NCBI RefSeq assembly: GCF_000143415.4
Contig: NW_003314266.1
Span: 2,885,964 to 2,949,963, forward strand
DNA from: Selaginella moellendorffii
Lineage: Eukaryota; Plantae; Lycopodiophyta
DNA length: 64,000 nt
Direction of reading: 5' to 3'
The translations under genes and the position numbers were made by a program. Below are positions 61,400 through 64,000 of this stretch, piece by piece. The notes under the pieces are model-generated. The model was not told the DNA's origin. It saw only the letters and a program-made list of their open reading frames with translations, and did no database searches. Position 1 is the first letter of the stretch. The number at the start of each line of letters is the position of its first letter.

Positions 61400-62225
61400 A
61401 TGAAGTGGGTACTTCAATGTCTACTTCAATGCCACAATTGCTTGCAAAGACATTTCTAGCAATGAAACTGTAACTTCGATATTATGTCCTGTAGAAATAA
61501 GTTTCTGTCTTGTCCGCAAAAAAATCCAGATTTTTTAAACAAGAAAACCGATGAATGACATGATCACCTGCGTCGCATTGAAGGCACGTTTTAAATATTT
61601 CAACGTCCAGGCAAGTATCAATAATCCCCATAGTTGAAGCTAGCAAGGAAAGAAAACCACAGTTTGTCTGACCTGATCAAAAAATTGGGCCAGTGCTAAA
61701 CCTCCTAGACGACCTTTGCCAGTCCCAACAGTAATGTGCAAAAGAACAACTTCCTCTCCAATCTGGAAGAAGCAAGTAATCAGATTTGAATGAAAGGATA
61801 TGAATTTCAGTACCTTCAAATCAGGGGTGATGATGAGTGTAATGTCTGGACAAGTCACATACGACTAATGACGAGATTCCCAGGTGCCTTGACAGTTTCA
61901 CCACCTGCTTGAGCAGCCATTGACAAGCTGTCCTTTCCACCTTCTATTGCAACCTCAAGCTCGATCATAGTGTCACGAAGAGCAACAGCAGGATTGTGCA
62001 TATATGTCGGAATCAAGTTCAACCTGCAAAGTTAAACAGATCATAAGGTGTGTAAACACAATTAAGATGAGAGTACCTTAGCCCAAACAAGATTCGTCAA
62101 AGCTTCTCCAAGTGCCAGCCTAGTCTTAGCTGCAGGATTCAGCAGTCCCTGCAAATTGTCTTCAGAAAAAAGTAAAGAATTTTTAATCTACCTTGATCGG
62201 TTGTTCACCAATAGCGCAAGCAGCA
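61400..62225 (-). pseudogene. purL: Phosphoribosylformylglycinamidine (FGAM) synthase fragment, degenerate
   Basis: ACAIGEQPIK|GLLNPAAKTRLALGEALTNLVWAK, LRDTMIELEVAIEGGKDSLSMAAQAGGETVKAPGNLVIS, TCPDITLIITPDLK, GKGRLGGLALAQFFDQ and LLEMSFASNCG. The 5' part of the gene is missing and frames are broken. Confidence 0.85.
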
Positions 62226-64000
62226 TGTTGCCCTTAGCAAGCTTGGACACATCCTTGACATGTCCTTGACACATCCTTGACACACACACACACACAGAGC
62301 GCTTACAATCTGCCCGATTGCCCTAAAGAAATTTCACTTGATTTGGAGCGTCATTAAAATCAAAATTGAAGCGTTGCCACCCTTTTGGCGATCTTTGCCA
62401 TCTATTTGAAGGTTTTGAATTTGAACAGTTAGATTATAAGCATATTCAGAAATAATATTCTAAAAATGGAATAAAAGACGCCAGATGCCATATGCCAATA
62501 GCACATTTAAATTAGGGAGTATGATACTAACATATAAAAGTGTTTATGACAGTATATAAATTATAAATATGTTTATAAATTATAAATATAATTTTTTTAA
62601 ATTAATAAAAACCGTTAAATGGTAAAATATTATAAAATATTTAAGTATATTCTAGGTATATTCCATGTATAAGGTTTGCTTAAGCAAACCAAAATTCTTG
62701 CTTCATAAAATAAAGTAATTGATTAGAAGGGAGGTTATTCCTTTTAACTAGTCATTAAAATTATGTAAAAATAATAGATGTTATAAATTACAAAAAATTA
62801 GAGAAAAATAAACAACTTGGCATTGGTTACCAAAAATGTTTCTAATCACTTTCTACTTGGAGGAAAGTTTGGAAGTTTCATGTCAATCTGATTAATTCCT
62901 TGCTATAATTTTTCTTTTCTTTTCATAAGAACTAAATTGAAAGTGTTGAAATACCAAGTGCTAGAGAATACCCTTTGCACTATTAGATGTCTTCACTACT
63001 TCCATAAGATTACCTAGGAAGGATAATTGACTGAGATATCAAAGCCTTCAAGCTCTAATATATTACTCTATCTTTTGAGTAATTTTGATCAAGTAAACAA
63101 CTTTTAATGAAAAAAACTTAAGAAGTAGAATAAATTGGTTTGAGAGTACCTCTACATATGCAATGTTGTGGAAATGTCAATCTCTACATATGCCTTATTG
63201 AAATCTCCTTGGCAACATAATATAGATGGATTGACTCTTAAATTAAACACATTGAAAATGTTGTATTTGTTACTATTCAACAATGTTGATGCAAGGCTAG
63301 GAAGCCTATAGGATCAAGCCTATGCAAACACTCACTCATTTTCATGACCAGTTGTCTTGTTGCACTTGGTTATGGTGTCTTATCACTAAGGCAATGCCAT
63401 ATTAGTGTATGGTAAATCTCACAGAACCTAGCATTAATTAAAAAATATATAAATAATTATATGATGTAGTTAAGAATGGTAAAAGTATTGAGAAATTTAT
63501 TGAACAAGTTGATTAATATTATTTTTAATTGCCCAAAGCAAATCATTTGTAAGCAACCCAAGAGAATGATTAAAAAGATGGTCTATAATGGTTTAAATAT
63601 AAAGGAAAAAGGCACATGAATAAAAAAATGTGAGCTCATATATTAAGGTTTGAGTAATATTGGGATAAGTGATATTTTTAATCGGTTAACAGTCTTGGGA
63701 TACTTAGAGTTAAGCATTATTTGATTTGAATAATATTGGGTTGAGTGACTTCCTGAGAAATTTAAATTTAGGAGTTTACATTTGGTATTAGAAGGATCTC
63801 AAGTCCAAATTCAAGAACTTACATTTAGTATTAAAAAAGTCTCAAATTTAACTGTTATTCAAAGTTTATATCACCATTATCCATCTCCTTATATCATGTC
63901 CTTAAATGTTTACATGTAAAACTGCTATTTAATCACTTTTGTCAAGATCCTTTATTAAATAGTTCATTTTCTAGTGATCCCAAAAAACTTGTGATCAAAT

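Noticed and set aside
62700-63420. Possible hAT transposase remnant (NYPS...QRVFSS on the minus strand)
   Set aside because: Only a weak, stop-ridden resemblance to the dimerisation motif.

Overview
Gene-dense plant nuclear DNA with very short (about 50-60 nt) GT-AG introns and many short PLS-class PPR genes. This pattern points to a lycophyte such as Selaginella (inference). Ordinary plant genes include a nepenthesin-type aspartic protease, AGT2, a PTST2/3-like CBM48 protein, CSN8, a SOUL protein, ycf20, a BAHD acyltransferase and several PPRs. Decayed material includes a Ty3/Gypsy element, three DUF604 glycosyltransferase copies, PPR and PurL relics, a MITE and (TA)n tracts. The main finding is an intact two-exon isocyanide synthase of the DIT1/PvcA family (46360-47947, minus strand, about 510 aa), a family known from bacteria, fungi and oomycetes rather than land plants. 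It lies head-to-head with a Crinkler/RHS-type NTPase plus restriction-endonuclease-fold gene, which is followed by the BAHD transferase. This suggests a horizontally acquired plant isocyanide or N-formyl amino acid pathway, possibly a small gene cluster. Other unusual genes are a WASH-complex strumpellin, a fungal-type FAD oxidase pseudogene, an SLDP-like lipid-droplet protein and a NYN protein with a degenerate active site. All family assignments come from motif recognition by eye; no database searches were run.
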